A DNA stretch of 64,000 bases from Negaprion brevirostris (Eukaryota), in contig JARDVH010000163.1 of NCBI GenBank assembly GCA_030324005.1, positions 94,051,366-94,115,365 of the forward strand, written 5' to 3'. This document shows positions 1-13,172 of this stretch, piece by piece. Both the position numbers and the translations under genes were made by a program. The notes beneath the pieces were generated by a model that saw only the letters and a list, made by a program, of their open reading frames with translations, was not told the DNA's origin and searched no databases. Positions within the stretch are counted from its first letter, which is position 1; every line of letters begins with the position of its first letter.

Positions 1-63
1 TGACGGGGCAAGCTCGAAGGGCTAGATGGCCTACTCCTGCTCCTATTTCTTATGTTCTTATGT
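1..63 (+). mobile_element. CR1 LINE 3' terminus
   Basis: gctcgaagggctagatggcctactcctgctcct followed by a (TTCTTATG)n tail; nearly identical to 54545-54604. Confidence 0.85.
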
Positions 64-1215
64 AATGCTGCAAATGCACTTTCTCAAAGATGGATGCAGT
101 GTAATGTCATCACAGTTTGGAGGGCAAAATGACAGCATGACAAACCAACATTGGCAGTTCCCACCACAACAGAGGTGCTAAACCCATAGATCTTGGCACC
201 TATACTGCCACTGCAAAGAGAAACTGAATCACCACAAAGGTGTTTTGGTGAATTTGCAGGGTCACTTTTCAGTAGTAATTTGTCACTTTTCTTTCTCTGT
301 GTAGCATCCTTGTGGTGGAGGCTTGCTAATCCTGACTTAAGCCATGATACACCACTTGGGGGTAAGGTGAGGAGGCAGGTACCAAGAGCTACCTCAACTA
401 GTTAAAGGGTTGAACATCCCCTCCCCACCCCTTGCCTTAATTCTGCCCCTTCTCTGGAATTGTGCTCTGCTTGTGACGCTCATTTGTTGGAGTTTCCTCG
501 TATCATGTGAACATCAAAGAATTCAAGCCTCAATTTATGAACAACACACCCAGTACACATTCTGTACTAAAAATGCAATCTTACTGTATCATCATGGATT
601 AGTGATTCCCATGTATTGTCTTTTACATTATGGAAAACAACTATTTCCCTGATTCACACCACTGTAGGGGATCTCTGAGTTATATATTAAAACTTCTGTG
701 TTGAATGTCTGCTGTCATGCACTTCTTGCAATGCTTCCACCTCACTAGTTTAGTCTAGCAACTCAGAAAACTTTGTTTCTGCATCAGCTAATTGGACTAT
801 TTTTCTCACATAACTGACCTATGCTTTTTAAAAGTTGCAGCAGACCATGCACAAGTAGGTTAAAGTTGCTTCAAGCTGTGTGTTTATGTCAGAATGTTAA
901 ACCTTTTTTAAACAATAAATCTTACAATTAAAACAATTTGCACTTTCAACTCACAGTCGACTTACAATTTTATACTGTATACGTTTCAGCAACCTTGCTC
1001 CAGAAACATACAGTTCTGAACCATCTCCTACTTGTTAATTGGACTGTCAAACAAATTCCAGATTCTTATCTGCAATCTGACTTTTAAGTGAACTGACCAC
1101 TCAACCCAAGACGCTCTGCACTTGAACCTTTTATAGTTAAAGGGACACACAACTACCCTCTATTTTAACATTGTACACTATTCTTGTCCTTAGAAAATAT
1201 ATTATTTGACTTCCC

Positions 1216-1673
1216 ATGAACAGTATCATGAGAGATTTAGTAGTGAAAAGTTGAATAGACTGGGACTTTTTTCTCTGGAGCGTGGGAGGCTGAGGGGTAA
1301 CCTTATAGAGGCCTGTAAAATAATGAGGGGCACAGACAAGGTAGATAGTCAATATCTTTTCCCAAAGGGAGGGAAGTCTAAAACTAGAGGGCATAGGTTT
1401 AAGGTGAGAGGGGAGAGCTACAAAAGTATCCAAAGGGGCAATTTTTCACACACAGGGTGGTGAGTGTCTGGAACAAACTGCTAGAAGTAGCAGTAGAGGC
1501 AGGTACAATTTTATCTTTTAAAAAGCATTTAGATAGTTACATGGGTACAATGGGTTTAGAGGGACATGGGCCAAATGTGGACAATTGGGATTAGATTATG
1601 GATTTTAAAAAGGGCAGTATGGACAAGTTGGGCCAAAGGGCCTGTTTCCATGCTGTAAACCTCTATGACTCTA
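1216..1673 (+). mobile_element. 5'-truncated CR1 LINE (ORF2 C-terminus plus 3' UTR)
   Basis: LNRLGLFSLERGRLRGNLIEACKIMRG..TRGHRFKV is the CR1 ORF2 C-terminal motif; tail ctctatgactcta. Confidence 0.92.
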
Positions 1674-3826
1674 GATTAGAAGTATTACAAAGAGCATGTA
1701 TTGTCATGATCTTTATGTTTAGTTTTGTGTAACAATTTTGTATCATACCTAATTGCAGACAAATATTTTAATTCCTAAACTTATGCCGTAGATTTCTTGC
1801 AATTGATTGAATGATATCCAAACTTTTTCTACTCGAACAAATACCCTCCTCTAGGCTGGGTGATATGAAAATAGAAAAATCTAAATGTTAAATATTTTTC
1901 AAAGTACTATCACATTTAACAACATAGCTATAGTTAGTGTTTTTTTAATTAAGCTTTGTTCTTTTCAGATGCTGTCTTCTAAATAGTATTACCAGATGAA
2001 AGTAACTTATTTATGGTTTTCATGGAAAAATTACCAGAACCATAGTTAGATTTTAAACTACTGGAATAAGTTGAAGGATGCAGGAAATTTAATATTGTAA
2101 TTTGATTTACATTCAGTTGGCATCAGTCAGAGGCCCAGAAATTTTACATGTCATCAAAATGACAAATGAAGCTATAATTTAAGGGTTGCAATATCTTGGC
2201 ACAGAATAAGTATGTGAAAGCCATTTTGTTGGTTCTGATGGCTTTGTTCTGTGCCACATCACAAAATATTGTTCTATTATCTTTTATCAGTTTTAGTTAG
2301 GCCAAAGCAACGGGAAGTTAAGGAGGAGCTATGTCAGTTAACTGTAGTTTAAAATTATTTTCTGCATCCTATAGGCAGAATATGTGAACAGTACCTTGGA
2401 GTGAATTGTTTGATTTGTTTGTTGAAGTAGTTTATATTTATAATTTCCTTTTTGTCATATTTTTTAATTATTAATGAATTCCTTGTGATACAGTGAATGG
2501 GAGGGAATGTTATTTTACATAACAAGATGTCATGTGGTGTAATATACAATGCAATTCACTGCCAGTAAAGTGCAGTGGTTGTGAGAAAGCTTTATATAAA
2601 TGCAAGCATTTGTTTTTGCCTTTGGGTTGTACTACAGGATGTAACTTCAAGTTGTATAGATTTGATCAATAATGTAGAATACCCATTTACGTTTTACCAC
2701 AGCTGCTTCCGTCCTCAGGCTGGAGTTAAAATTTGGGATCCATTTGATATCATTGGATCCTAACATGCAAATTCAGTAAGGACACCACCAGCTGTAGATG
2801 GCTGCTATACCTCCTGCTTAGAAGATTAAAATTGGATATGGCAGGATCTAGTCAACTTCTTGGTGAAAAAGAGAGCCAGTGCATTTTAGCTGTTTTGTTT
2901 CTTTGTTTGTGGACATCCACTTATGGGGCCATCAGCCCCTTCAACCCTTGGTGCTCGGCTTCTCTGGAGTTCTACAGTACTTCAGCAATGAGAAAAAGCA
3001 GTAAGTGTGAGAAGTGGATTGCTCGAAGAGGAGGGGAGAGATTTGTGGAAGCATGGCTGTTAGGTGACATGAAGTTGAGTGAGACCATGTGCGTTTGTTT
3101 AGATACAGACGAAACATGTCTAGCGAGAGGGAAATAAGAGGAGCCCCAAGGTGTGTTGTCGTGAGGAGCACTTTGTAGCAGAATTCTGAGAAAGTCAAGA
3201 GTATGAGACTTGGCAGCTGACAGTGTTATGTCAGTCACCTTTCCTGCCTTCCTCATGTCCTGAAACCTCTTGCTGCACTGACTTCAGTTTGGAGGGGCCA
3301 CACTTCTACTGCTCATTTTCTCTGCCACTTCCATTCATGCCTGCTTGTTTTGGAGCAGATGGTCATTTTCTCCTGTCCTTGGTAAATATCACCTCATCTC
3401 AATCTCTCAGATCCACCAGGAAAATCTCCAGGTAAGAGTCTGAGACCTTGGGTTGGGGGTGGGGGAGCGGTATTGAGCAGAGGTGGGAACAACTTTCCCT
3501 GTTCTCCTCTCCATTCCTCTGGTTACTGTGGCCACAAGATTCAGTGTACAATTTAACCACTTTGACTCTTCCCTTAACTAGAGATCCTTACTTTAAAGAT
3601 TCGGCACATCGTCATGCCCATCCTCAGTGATTGGTAGGGAAACCCCAAAGTGGTATGCTAATGTCATGGCTCAGTTGAAGAGCCTTGGCAAAATCCACTC
3701 AGTTAGAAACAGGCCCCTGACCTGCCACTGGTTAACTCACTGTGAGCAAGATCTTGCTTTTGTGGCAAGCAAGAGAAAGAGATGATATGAATTGTGACAG
3801 TCACTACAGTTTATCTTCTAATTTCC

Positions 3827-4150
3827 AACAACAACTTATATTTATTAAGCACCTTTAATGTAATGAAACATCCCAAGATACTTTATAGGAAATCAATTAT
3901 ACAAAAGCAAGTATGACATTGAGTAACATAAGGAGATATTAGGACAGATGGCCAAAATCTTGGTGAAAGATGTTTGCTTTAAGAAGTGTCTGAAAGGATG
4001 AATGTGAGTAGGGAGGGAATTCAGAGCCTGGGCCTAGGCAACTGAAGGCACAGCCAGCAGTGATGGAGCAGTTATAATTGGGAATGCACAAGAGGCCAGG
4101 ATTAGAGGAGGGCAGATATCTCGGAGGGATCTAAGGTGGGAGGAGATTAC
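3827..4150 (-). mobile_element. L2-clade LINE 3' end
   Basis: Begins caacaacttatatttattaagcacctttaatg..catcccaag (reverse of the L2/DeuSINE-type tail); similar copies at 36816 and 50234. Confidence 0.65.
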
Positions 4151-6029
4151 AAAGTGCCTGGACTACAAATTCCCTGGATTAATTAGTCATTAATTGATTT
4201 GTCATTAATCAGCTGATGTGCATGTGTTTGCAGTAGCCTTTTACAACACATGTAGTCTATTACAATCTCTGATAAAATAAGCAATCCTTAGGTCTCACTG
4301 TCTTTTCCAGTCTCTCAGACATACATTCCAAAAGACATCTTGATATAAGATCATTACAACGCATAGAGCAAAACATATACCCTTGTCCTCTGCGTAAGGG
4401 CACTGTATGTTATGTTTTATATTGAATTTTTCTGATTGACTAAACAGTTCATTATTCAGTTGGCACTCTTAACTGTGGCAGGTTTCACCAAAGATAATTA
4501 GTGAGTTTCATTTACAAACCACATTCACTGTATTCGTATGACTTTCTGATTTCCAAAATTTAAATGTTATACTTAGAATGTACTATGGTAGCTGCAGAGA
4601 TTGGATCCTGTGATTAATTTACTGATTTTTTTTGTCTGAAGATATGTAATTTTTGTACCCACAGATCACTTAGGGCTGTCATTAAACATTTAAAATGTAA
4701 AAAAAATGTTAGGTTCAAAAGATGGTAGCTTTGACTGAATAATGTAAAACGACTGTAGGGCAACGAAATAACTGGGTTTGTACGGAGAAATACATTCCTG
4801 CTCTTTTTTCTAGAATGAAAAACTATATTTCCGTAACAAAAGCCTTTATTGTTTCAGTCTAAAAGTTTACAGTCTCTTCCTTCTCTCCATGTCCCCAGTT
4901 CTCACCCCCCCCACACAAAGCATACATGCATGAACATGTTTGCGGTTACATACACAGTTTATATTCCCTTGCCCATCTGTCTATGTGTCGCTGCGTTGCT
5001 AGTTGGAACCAAAAAGAGGGAAGCTGAAATTGAATAAATGCTAAGCTGTCAGCCAAACAGGAATGTTAAACAGAAGTCAGAGTAGGTGTTGAAAGTGAAG
5101 CAAATTTTAGTGAAACTATGTAACAGAAATGAACTGATGGTGATTTGTAACAAAGTCTCCATGGAGAGACAGCATGACAATGACAAAAGACTGTATTGCT
5201 GAATGAGTGAATGCTAACATGAAGTGAATGTGAGGGATATGGAAAGAGCACAAAATAAGGTAATGACCATAAGATAAGTTGTGGCTGCAAGCAACAATGA
5301 GGCCCACAGAGAAAATGTTAAATAAAGGCAAATGGGGTGGCAAGCTATGGCAACGCTGTGAGAAGTAAGATAAAAAAAAATACAGAAAGCATGAATTCTA
5401 AGACACCTAAATGGAGATCACAAAACACAAGTCAGTCCAATTTATGTTTTACCTGCATTTCACGGGAGTCTCCTTTCTCAGGCCCTCTTTTAGTTGGAAT
5501 ACTAACAAAGAGTAATCCTGAAGTGAATATTATCTAGGTTTTCACTGTGAAATTTGAGATCTCATACATATACATTCTTATAAAGACCAAGGTCAGAACT
5601 TTACATTGCTCAGGTGAGTGTGTGCCTGATGTGGAAGTGTTTGAGATTGTGCAAGAAGGAATTGACAGCAGATCCCAACATCATCATGCACTTGCGTAAT
5701 ATTTTTGACAGTGGGCATGAGTGGGAATTGGCTGTGTGTCCACCAACAATTAAACAGCTGGTTAAAGAGGTTAAAATTCCAATTCACTGGAATTTTATAA
5801 TTCCTGTGTGATTTTCAGATTGGCGCATGGGCAACAAGGGCATGCAACCATCGCATTTATTTACATTTTTTATCTTAGGGCAGGATAAAAGGGGGACTGG
5901 AGCATTGACTGTGTGAGTTGTTAGGAGTCCAGGTAAGAGATGGCTGCAGTGTTACTGTTGAGATTTCAGACCTTTTCCTCTGGTTTCTTGTGAGATATTT
6001 GCTTTGTCAACCATGTTCTGAAGACTCTT

Positions 6030-7250
6030 TTGTTTGGATAATTTTGTTGGAACATTGCTGCCCGTTGCAACCCTCAGTGCACTGGGCAGTGCCATCTGCA
6101 TTTCAGCAGACGGAGATTGGGCAGGGCCATCAGGGAGGGCAAGGAGAAGAGGCCCACAGAAGGTGCCACTATCCATTACCACTGTGTACTGGCAGGATCC
6201 AGCTACTTCAACATGTCTGACATCTCATGTGGCAGGAGGCTCTGCCTCTCTAGGGCAACCGTGACATTATGACATCACATGATAAGGTCGAAGAATCGCC
6301 TCCAACTCTGTGGATAGACACCCAGTGTCAGTAGCTGTGAAGGTCACAGTTGATCCATTTGGATCTTTCTAGGGCTCAGTAGGGGATCTGAGCGGTGTCT
6401 AAATCAGTTGTCCATAGCTGCGTCAAGCTCATAACTGACACATTGTTCAGATGAGTCCAAACATTCATCCATTATCAGATAGACCAAACTAGCTAGGCTG
6501 AGTGAGTCAGAAGCTTTGCAGGTATTTTCGAGTTCCCCCACACGCAGGGTGACATGGACAGCATCCATGTGGCCATCAAGGCACTAGTGGGTCAGCCAGG
6601 CACCTTTGTGAATAGAATGAGTTATCGTGCCATGAATGCCCAGATAGAATGTGACCACAGGACACAGATTCAGCAAGCCTATGTAAGTTATCCTGACAGC
6701 TCCCATGATGCATGCATCCTGTGACATTCCCAGGTGTCAAGGCTGTTCCTAGCTCCAGTTAAGCTGGATGGTTGGTTGCTGGATGACCCCAGGACGGTTG
6801 CGGAAGAGAGACACAATCGGAGTCATCACCGCAAGGGTCGTGGTAAAGAGGATAATAAAAGCTATTGAAGATATGCATTCACTGCCTGGACCATTCTGGA
6901 GGTGGGGNNNNNNNNNNNNNNNNNNNNNNNNNNNNNNNNNNNNNNNNNNNNNNNNNNNNNNNNNNNNNNNNNNNNNNNNNNNNNNNNNNNNNNNNNNNNN
7001 NNNNNNNTGGAGGGTGGTATCCCTGCAAAATCCTTCAAGCATGTGTCAATTATTGTTGTGGGATGCTGTACTCTGCACAATCTGGCATTGCCAAGGGGAA
7101 ACCCCTCAATGTTGAGGATGCTGAGGCAGCTCCACACATCTCTGAGGAAGACTCCACATGGATCTGCTGAGGAACCTGGGCAGACAGAGGATGAGAACGA
7201 GGAGGTAGCTTTGATGAACTTTCAGGGAGACAGAGACACCGGGGGACATT
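6030..7250 (+). pseudogene. Harbinger (HARBI1-like DDE) transposase pseudogene
   Basis: Collinear decayed motifs: VAVKVTV; GSF*GSVGDL; FPHTQGDMDSIHVAIKA (6533-6583); FVNRMSYRAMNAQIECDH; YPDSSHDACIL*; LKICIHCLDHSGG; HVSIIVVGCCTLHNLA. Many stops and frameshifts. Confidence 0.9.
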
Positions 7251-7496
7251 GATTCAACCAGTGCTCCTTCATCGAGAATGCCAAGGCTTGGCTTTCATCT
7301 GAATCCAAGGGCACTGCCTTCTTCCTGCATATTTCTGAGATGCACTACCATGACCCCAATGTCACCCCACAACCTCTGTCAAAAACTTTGCTGCTCCTTG
7401 AATCCCAATGAGGCCCACACAAATGGAAAATGTGAAGAACGCTTAGATCATTGCAACACAATACTTACTTATAGCGTTAGCAAACTTGCAAACAAG

Positions 7497-7538
7497 GGTG
7501 GCACAGTGACACAGTGGTTAGCATGCTGCCTCTCAGCA
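7497..7538 (+). mobile_element. HE1-like SINE 5' fragment nested in the Harbinger
   Basis: ggtggcacagtgacacagtggttagcatgctgcctctcagc resembles the SINE head at 51747. Confidence 0.6.
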
Positions 7539-7606
7539 GGACTCTGCTGCCATGTTGGTCCTGATGACTTTGACAGTCATGTTCTGGTCAGCGGAGCCAG
7601 GATGTG

Positions 7607-7894
7607 GAGATGCCGACGTTGGACTGGGGTAAGCACGGTAAGAAGTCTCACAACACAAGGTTAAAGTCCAACAGGTTTATTTGGTCGCAAATGCCACTAG
7701 CTTTCAGGGATTTTCCCCTTTGTCAGGTGAGTGGGGAGTTCTGATCATATAAAGAGCATATAAAGGGACACACTCAGTTTACAGAATACTGATTGGAATG
7801 CGAGTCTTTACAGCTATTCAAGTCTTAAAGGTGCAGACAATGTGAGTGGAAATAGCATTAAGCATAGGTTAAAGAGATGTGTATTGTCTCCAGA
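7607..7894 (-). mobile_element. Penelope-like element terminal repeat (runs into gap)
   Basis: Minus strand carries a hammerhead-like core followed by AATAAA (accaaataaacctgttggactttaac), typical of Penelope pLTRs. Confidence 0.65.
7693..7731 (-). ncRNA. Decayed minimal type I hammerhead ribozyme
   Basis: Minus strand: ctcac CTGACAA AGGGG-AAAA-TCCCT GAAA GCTA gtggc; stem II pairs, core G8 mutated to A. Confidence 0.6.
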
Positions 7895-8299
7895 NNNNNN
7901 NNNNNNNNNNNNNNNNNNNNNNNNNNNNNNNNNNNNNNNNNNNNNNNNNNNNNNNNNNNNNNNNNNNNNNNNNNNNNNNNNNNNNNNNNNNNNNNNNNNN
8001 NNNNNNNNNNNNNNNNNNNNNNNNNNNNNNNNNNNNNNNNNNNNNNNNNNNNNNNNNNNNNNNNNNNNNNNNNNNNNNNNNNNNNNNNNNNNNNNNNNNN
8101 NNNNNNNNNNNNNNNNNNNNNNNNNNNNNNNNNNNNNNNNNNNNNNNNNNNNNNNNNNNNNNNNNNNNNNNNNNNNNNNNNNNNNNNNNNNNNNNNNNNN
8201 NNNNNNNNNNNNNNNNNNNNNNNNNNNNNNNNNNNNNNNNNNNNNNNNNNNNNNNNNNNNNNNNNNNNNNNNNNNNNNNNNNNNNNNNNNNGGGACACA

Positions 8300-9010
8300 A
8301 ACCCTGCAGATCTCTGCCAGATCTTCTCATGTATCCTGCTGGACATCCAGCATTTTTCATCTGATGGATGATTCCAGAGGCTCATCATCTGCCTCAGACT
8401 CAGCATGGTCCTGGCTTCCAGCAGTGCTCCCCACTCATGTTCCAAGTCAGAGCGTCCATCTCAAATGTGGACAGGATCAGGATGTTGGGCGCCCCCATAA
8501 TCGTTCTGTGCACTCTGTATTGTGGCTTCTCTTCTGAACTTGAACAACTGTATTCAGTCTTTACCTGCTACTCCATCTCAGCCTTCCAAGTCTCCCCACA
8601 AGAGCCCATTTTACTGGGACTCCTCACCCTTCCATGTACAAAAAATGAACAGCCAAATTTACCACGTTTGACATGCACAAGCATATGTGCCCTTTGGCAC
8701 TATGCAGCTCTCAACCTGAGTGCCGCTATTTACATCCACTCTCCATGACATCTGTACTCAGCAGCATGCCAAGGTGGTACTCACTCGTGTGGTGTGCAGA
8801 AGATCAGTGAATCATTTCTGACACTGGATCCATGTATGGTGTACCACATCATGCCTGCTCATGCCAATGCAGCCACCACTGTCCAGGTCTCCTTCATCTG
8901 GTGGGTTGCCTCCTCTTGCCAGCCCGTGACGTGAGTAGTTCACACCGGGCACTTACTGCTCCCACTACACACAAGCTGCCATCTGAAAATCACGAGGCTG
9001 ACTGCCCACT
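8300..9010 (-). pseudogene. Harbinger Myb/SANT-like (trihelix) DNA-binding protein pseudogene
   Basis: Minus strand ~9007-8785 reads AS*FSDGSL..AVSARCELL..GKRR..KETWTVVA..TWIQCQK*FTDLL, then a GTGAGT donor; matches the MSANTD/trihelix pattern. The downstream extent is approximate. Confidence 0.8.
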
Positions 9011-10049
9011 AGTTTTGGCATTCCACCTGCATGCCTACTAGATGAGGCCATCACATGCCAGATTTTCCACTCTCTTGTTGACAACTTCACTGGGCTCCTC
9101 ACCAACTCCTGGCAACCGTCAGGGAGCTGGCTAAGCTCATTTTAGACCCCCCAACCCCACCAAGGTTGCCATTGGGCCACGTTCCTAGCCCCATTGGTAG
9201 CACTGCACCAATGTCCGACTGTATTTCACACTGACCATTAATTGGCCAGCCAGCATGAAACCACATCTTTCCAGCGATGTTCATGAGTGGACATAGATAC
9301 TACAACTACCTCCAGGCCTGTTAATCACACACATTCAATGAGCGCAAAATCCAGGCCAAGTAACTGAAGCGTGCTTCTAATGTCACTATCATTGCTTCTT
9401 AAAATGAAAAGAGGTCTGGACCTCTCTAATACAGCATTGCAAGGAGACAAGATCTGAGAAGAAAGATGGATCCTTTGAAAAATTAAAATTTGCATTTTCA
9501 CAAGATTCAGTTAAAAACAACATCCACCTCACCATCAAATTTTGCATTTTGGCAACATATTCCAGAGCTCTGCAGTAAGTTCAACAATAACCAGCAGAGG
9601 TGGCCTTAAGAACAGGCTGTGATTCAGAATTTGTGCAGAAGGCACACCAATTATTTTTTTTAGACCTAATCTTGTTCTGAAGTAGTTGCAACAATAGTAT
9701 TAACTGCTGCAGTGCTAATATTAAACATGCAAAATAGTCTTTATTTTGGTCTTTATACTTAACACAGGCTGGTGTTAAAGTGTGTTGTGACATCAGTTTA
9801 GCACTTCTGCTCTATCCTTAGTCTTGTTCAACCAGAATTTTCAAGAATCTTCAAACTATAACTCGACAGATGTTTTAAAGGAATAAGAAATTTGAACACA
9901 TACACCTGCAATTTGAGGAGTCCTGTGATATGGGAACTAATGCAGTGCGGAGATGCACTTGGCTATACCTTGAATGACACCAATCAAATTGAAGCTGTTC
10001 AACTTCCATAAGGACTGCAGATGCAAAGAAGCCATATGACAGTTCTATT

Positions 10050-11695
10050 TGATTTACTCGTTCATGGGATGTGTGTGGCTTTGGCTAGGTCAGCATTTAT
10101 TACCCATCCCTATCTGCCCTTGAGAAGTTGGTGGTGAGCCACTTTTTTGAACTGCTGCGGTCCCATCTGGTATAGATACAAATGTGATGGAAGGGAAGTT
10201 CCAGGAGGTCATGGGGTTAAAATACTAGCATGGCTGGAGGATTGATTTGCGAACAAGAAACAGGGAATACGTATACAGATGGGTCATTTTTGGGTTGGCC
10301 TGATGTGATGAGTGGAGAGCCAAAGGGATCAGGGTTACGGCCTCAATTACTTGGATGACTGAATGCATAGTAGCTAAATTTGCCACTGGCATCAAGATAG
10401 ATAGGAAAGTAAGTTGTAAAGAGAACGTAGGTTAGGTTGAGTGGTCAAAAATTTGGCAGATAAGAGCATAATGCAGGGAAATGTAAACGTGTCCTTTGGC
10501 AGGAAAAGTAGAAAAGCAGCATTTTATTTTAAAGGAGACAGATTGCAGAACTCCTGAGGTACTGAGGGATGTGGATGTCTTGGTACGTGAGTCAAGAAAA
10601 ATGAGCAAGCAAGTGATTAGGAAGGCAAATACAATGTTGTCATGTATTGCAAGGGGAATTGAATATGAAAGTGGGGATATTTAGTTGTACAGGGCATTGA
10701 GACCAATTTTGGAGTATTGTGTTCTCCTTATTTGAGAAAGGATGCATATGTATGAAAAGCAGTTGCAAGAAGGTTCACTTGACCAATACCTGGAATTTGG
10801 AGATGGAGGAGGGGGAGAAGTGTGGGGAAGAGAGGTTATCTTATAAGGAAAGATTGAGAGATGATCTTATTAAAACATACAAGGTCCTGAGGAGATGATG
10901 GGGTGAATGCTGGAAGCACATTTCAGCTTGTATGAGAGACTAGAATGGAGATTTGGGGGGGCGGCACAGTTTAAAAATAACAGGCGTCTCATTTCAACGG
11001 AGATGAGAAGAAATTTTTTCTTAAGGTGTTGAAAGTCTTTGGAACTCTGTTCCCCAGATAGCGGTGGCAGTAGGATATTAAATAGTTTTAAGGCAAAGTT
11101 AGATAGATACTTAGCCTACAACTCCCATGGTAGACATCAAGAGTAGGCAAAATATGGGGTTGAGACTCTTGTTGCATATCATTGAATGTTATACTTTAAG
11201 TGCTTATCCAAATACTGTTTAAAGGTTGTAAGTTTTCTAGCTTCCACCAGCTTTCCAGGCAATGCATTGCAGATTCTCACACAAAGTGATTTTTTTTTCT
11301 TAAATCCCCTCTGAATCTCCTGCTCCTCATTCTAAAACAAGGCCCCTTCGTTATTGACCCCTCAACCAAAGGAAACAGTGCTTGCTATTCATCCTGTGCA
11401 TACCCCTCATAATATTATACACCTCAATCATGTCCCCTGTCAGCCTTCTCTGCTGGAGGAGATAAGGGGGAAGATAAGGATAAGAATATTTCATCCAGAA
11501 GATTGTGAGGGTCTGAAACTCGCTACCTGAAAGGGCAGTAGAGGCAAAAATCCTCAACTCATTTGAAAGATCCCTGCAAGAATACGGATCAAATGCTGGA
11601 AAGTGCGATTAGATTGGGGAGCTTGTTTTTCAACTTGTGTAGGCACAAGAGGCCGGGAGCTCTTTCTGTGCTGTAAACTTTCTCTACTTCTATAA
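10050..11695. mobile_element. Cluster of old CR1-type LINE fragments (- ~10050-10200, + ~10208-11160, - ~11180-11455, + ~11460-11695)
   Basis: ORF fragments KQVIRKANTMLSCIARGIEY (+) and QQRRLTGDMIEVYNIMRG (-); CR1 3' UTR-like ends. Confidence 0.8.
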
Positions 11696-12369
11696 GATGA
11701 TAGTTAAGATCTCTTTCAACTGCAAGGACTACAAGTGTACCCTTAAACAATTGACTCTGAAGATAGCCTCCAAAAGCCAAAGCTTCAGAAACATCATTTG
11801 GGACATTAGTATAGCTGGGCATTTTATGAATCAATTCCACTTAAAAATTGATATGTCAAGTTGTTGTAAGAAATATACAGCCTGAGCAATGTATGTGTGA
11901 ATCTTGAGACCTTACTGATTTCTTCTGGCCAAATGAAGTGATACTGGGAGTCTGACACTGGTAATCATTAGTCAACAGTGTGCACACTTGTATATATTCT
12001 GTCAAATAATTACATTTTGATCATTGTGGAATAATTTACAGATTTTGAATAATCATTAGAAAACAGTCAATGTATCACATTAATTCACTAATAAGCTGAT
12101 TTAGATCAGGAAGTGCTTTAGTCCTCAAATTAATTGCAAATTGAGATATTAAAACATATTACTCTCTAATTTGTGCTTTAAATTAAACATAATCTGACGT
12201 CAGTTCTATTTTAGAAGTGAATATTTATGGTCACCAAGAATAATAGCACTCAGGATTAGAATACTTCCAATTTGAGACAATGCGTGATCTGTATTAAGCA
12301 CACCTTGGCAGCAAAGCCAGCTAGAAAGTCCCCTCCCTTTGACTTTGAAAGCACACCCAATAGTCGATA

Positions 12370-12600
12370 AAGGTAAAGTTGCCATAGTTCTAGATGACTA
12401 TAGGCTGTTTTCCCCTTTAAGGGGGAGATCTGACTGGTTGTGATTTAACCTGAGGATCACCACACTTCGGGCAAGGGGCAAGCTTGAGAAGGCAGGTCTT
12501 CATGAATAACCTCAGCCGGTACAGGAATTGAATCCAAGCTGTTGGCATCACTCTGCATCGAAAACCAGCTGTCCAGCCAACTGAGCTAAACCAACCCCCA
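12370..12600 (-). mobile_element. tRNA-derived SINE
   Basis: Minus-strand head ggggttggtttagctcagttgg (A box) ... ggattcaattcc (B box). Confidence 0.75.
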
Positions 12601-13035
12601 GTTCTCCTTACTCTCCGACTCTGGTATTTCTGTTTCTCGTATTTTGAGCAGTTTTGTGTTCTTGGGGGCGGTGCCCACAAGGAATTAGTTTGAAATAGTT
12701 TTATTTCATATCAGATCTTTCCGATCAGTAGTGTGTGAGGCCTTATAAATTTCAGGATGGTGAGGCTGCAGCTTTGTTTGTGGGGTGAAGGGCTGGAGAA
12801 TTAACTAATATCAAGTATCAATGTATAATAGTAGAACTACTAGTTAAGTACTTTACCAAAATCTGCAGATCAGCTGGAAGGTTTTCCAAGGTTAGTTTCT
12901 AAATTAGACAGTATATTTTCCTGAAAATGGAAATCTGAATAGCTCTGACTAGATCTGATATATGCTTACACAAAACATTATTAGTTAGACTTATCAACAG
13001 TCTGGTGTTTTGTCAGGTAGTATATTAATAATTAT

Positions 13036-13172
13036 GGGTGGGATTTTCCAGCCATGTTCATCGCCAGACTGGAAGTTCCTGCTCGAGGTCAATGGACCTT
13101 TGCATAGTCTGCCAAAGTTTCTGTCCTGCCTGCTACAGTTCCTGTGGTGGGCAGGGCAGGAAGATTCCACCA
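13036..13172. mobile_element. Harbinger/Tourist-like MITE
   Basis: TIRs gggtgggattttcc / ggaagattccacca; TAT on both flanks. Confidence 0.7.

Larger units (their letters stand above)
5591..9357. mobile_element. Fossil autonomous-type PIF/Harbinger DNA transposon
   Basis: Degenerate TIRs ggtcagaacttt.. / ..aaaatccaggcc, with CAAG at both junctions; encloses a convergent transposase (+) and Myb/SANT (-) gene pair. Confidence 0.75.
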
